Shown here piece after piece: positions 61,885-64,000 of a stretch of DNA of 64,000 bases; the first letter of the stretch is position 1, and each line of letters begins with the position of its first letter. Origin of the DNA: Eledone cirrhosa (taxonomy: Eukaryota); NCBI GenBank assembly GCA_964016885.1, contig OZ024743.1:63798001-63862000 (forward strand). Reading direction: 5' to 3'. The notes beneath the pieces were generated by a model. It had not been told where the DNA came from. It ran no database searches and saw only the letters and a list, made by a program, of their open reading frames with translations. Position numbers and translations under genes: made by a program.

Positions 61885-64000
61885 TCATCATCATCATCAT
61901 CACCGTTTTACGTCCGTTCTTCCACGCTAGCATGGGTTAGACGGGTTGTCCTGTTGTGGGCAGTGTCTGGTCGGCTGACCATGCCTTGCTCATACAGGAA
62001 CTGATCTGGCTTGATTTCTACAGCTGGATGCCCTTCCTAACACCAACCTCATTTACAGTGAGTGCTGGGTGCTTTTTCGTGGCGCCTACACGTCCACTTT
62101 ACAGTGTGGGCTGGGTGCTTTTTTGCCGTGGCACCTCCACGACCACCTTGCGGTGGGGGGGGGGGGCATATTGTTTATATGCTTCAGCATGTACCCATGG
62201 GAGGTCGGGTACCCTGTATTACTGCGTGACGCCAGAAGTCACGGTCGTGTGTCATTGACTTTGAGAGGTGTAGTTGGGTAAGGTCGGCTTTTATCACCTC
62301 ATCCCAAGTCATCTTGGGTCTCCCCACTCCGCGGTTTCCATCAACTTCTAGTGCTCTGCACCTTTTTATGCAGCTGTCATCCTTCATACGCATCACATGT
62401 CCATACCAGCGTAACCGCCTCTCCTGCACGCAGCATTTGATTCCTCTTATGCTCAGTCTCTCTCTCAATTCATTTATGCTTTGTCGTTCACGTATATTAC
62501 TGTTACACATCCATCGGAGCATGCAGGCTTCGTTTCTCTCTAATCTACGTAAGTCTTCCACCTTCAGCGCCCAGGTCTCACTACCATGCAACATCGCTGT
62601 TCGGATACACGCATCATACAGTCTGCCTTTCATTCTGAGGGAGAAGCCTTTTGCAGCTAGCAGTGGTAGTAGTTCCCTAAACTTCTTCCATCCCGTTCTT
62701 ACCCTAGTTATTGTACTTTCTGAGCACCCACCTCCGTTGCTAATTCGGTCACCTAGGTAGCAGAAGCTGTCTACTGTTTCTACAGGGCCCTCCCAGAGAT
62801 TGGTGGTACTTGTTTCCTGTGGCTGTTTGCTTGCTGTTTCAGCACAGCTGCTGCATGTGAATCCTACATTCTTAATTAAGCTTCCTGAGATCCCGCTACA
62901 TCTCTTGTGTACCCATTGTTTGCATTTGGGGCAAAGAATGGAGTTCCTACCTACACCTTTCCTACATACTGAGCAAGGCCATTTCCCTGAGGGGATCTGG
63001 GTTCTGTTTTCTCGTCTACTTATAAGGACCTTAGTCTTTGTCATGTTGACTTTGAGGCCCTTTCTCTCTAGTCCCTGCTTCCAGGTTTGGAATTTATTCT
63101 CTAGTTCTACCATAGATTCAGCTATGAGTGCGAGGTCATCAGCATACAGGAGTTCCCATGGGCATCCGGTCTTAAACTCCTCCGTTATTGCCTGCAGGAC
63201 TATGATGAACAGGAGAGGGCTAAGAACAGAGCCCTGGTGGACCCCAACCTGTACGCTAAATTCCTCGCTATACTCATTGCCAATCCTAACTTTGCTGACT
63301 GCTCCCCTATACATGGCTTGTACCGCTTTCACAAGCCATTCATCTACTCCTAGTTTTCTAAGAGCCCACCAGATTACTGCACGTGGAACTCTGTCAAAGG
63401 CTTTCTCAAGGTCGACAAATGCCAAGTAGAGTGGCTTACTTTTAGCTAGGTACTTTTCCTGTAATTGCCTCACAAGGAAGAGCGCATCAGTGGTGCCTTT
63501 CCCTGGAACAAACCCAAATTGCATCTCGTCTATATTCACCCGGTCCCTAATCAGCTGTGCTATAACTCTTTCTGTTACTTTCATGACCTGGTCCATCAAC
63601 TTTATACCTCTATAGTTTCCTCTATCTAGTGCATCGCCTTTACCTTTGTAGCAGTTGACAATGATGCTACTGCACCAATCTTTTGGTATGGCCCCCTCTA
63701 GTATTACCTGGTTAACGATACGTGTGGTTATAGTGTGACCTACAGACCCAGATGCCTTCAGCATCTCGGCAGCTATACCCGATGGACCGGTTGCCTTCCC
63801 TATCTTCATATCTCTGATTGCCTTACTTACTACGCTGCCGCTGACTTGTACTGCTGGTCCCTCTATAGGGTCTACGTGGGGTAGGGTCTCTTCTTCCCAT
63901 GCATTCTCCTCATTTAGTAATCTATCATAATGACTCTTCCATGCATCTTTCTTCTCAGCACTTGTGAGGGCAAGCTCACCTTTATCATTCCGGATACACT
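61881..64000 (-). mobile_element. Young RTE LINE running off the window edge
   Basis: (cat)n tail at 61881, 3' UTR, uninterrupted ORF. Confidence 0.95.
62184..63998 (-). CDS. RTE reverse transcriptase (partial; frame open to the window edge) with embedded PHD-like finger
   Basis: NYRGIKL, QFGF, FVDLEKAFDRVPR, GVHQGSVLSP, LLYADDL, FCYLG, RLRWYGHV; no stops from 63998 to 62184. Confidence 0.92.
   Translation of the reverse strand, partial: CIRNDKGELALTSAEKKDAWKSHYDRLLNEENAWEEETLPHVDPIEGPAVQVSGSVVSKAIRDMKIGKATGPSGIAAEMLKASGSVGHTITTRIVNQVILEGAIPKDWCSSIIVNCYKGKGDALDRGNYRGIKLMDQVMKVTERVIAQLIRDRVNIDEMQFGFVPGKGTTDALFLVRQLQEKYLAKSKPLYLAFVDLEKAFDRVPRAVIWWALRKLGVDEWLVKAVQAMYRGAVSKVRIGNEYSEEFSVQVGVHQGSVLSPLLFIIVLQAITEEFKTGCPWELLYADDLALIAESMVELENKFQTWKQGLERKGLKVNMTKTKVLISRRENRTQIPSGKWPCSVCRKGVGRNSILCPKCKQWVHKRCSGISGSLIKNVGFTCSSCAETASKQPQETSTTNLWEGPVETVDSFCYLGDRISNGGGCSESTITRVRTGWKKFRELLPLLAAKGFSLRMKGRLYDACIRTAMLHGSETWALKVEDLRRLERNEACMLRWMCNSNIRERQSINELRERLSIRGIKCCVQERRLRWYGHVMRMKDDSCIKRCRALEVDGNRGVGRPKMTWDEVIKADLTQLHLSKSMTHDRDFWRHAVIQGTRPPMGTC

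Overview
This is repeat-dominated eukaryotic (animal) genomic DNA, AT-rich with many (TA)n/(CA)n microsatellites. From recall, its SINE/LINE families resemble octopus/cephalopod repeats (inference, not a database result). No intact host protein-coding gene can be supported. Contents: several RTE-clade LINEs (one ORF intact to the window edge; this family carries a C4HC3 PHD-like finger inside the RT), an RTE-BovB-like LINE, CR1-like and L1/Tx1-like fragments, tRNA-derived SINEs, piggyBac/mariner/Helitron-like non-autonomous elements, a 16-kb block of related foldback, hexamer and ~900-bp satellite DNA, and a putative E-box/E2F promoter at ~11.2 kb. The most striking signal is a set of Penelope-like elements and tiny non-coding derivatives, mostly in (TA)n tracts, with about a dozen type I hammerhead-ribozyme folds read by eye. 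These include a perfect 337-bp palindrome with back-to-back hammerheads, a 681-bp terminally redundant promoter+hammerhead unit, and two non-canonical catalytic cores (A4 in three copies; U3-A8 covariant). Coordinates were read by eye and boundaries are approximate.
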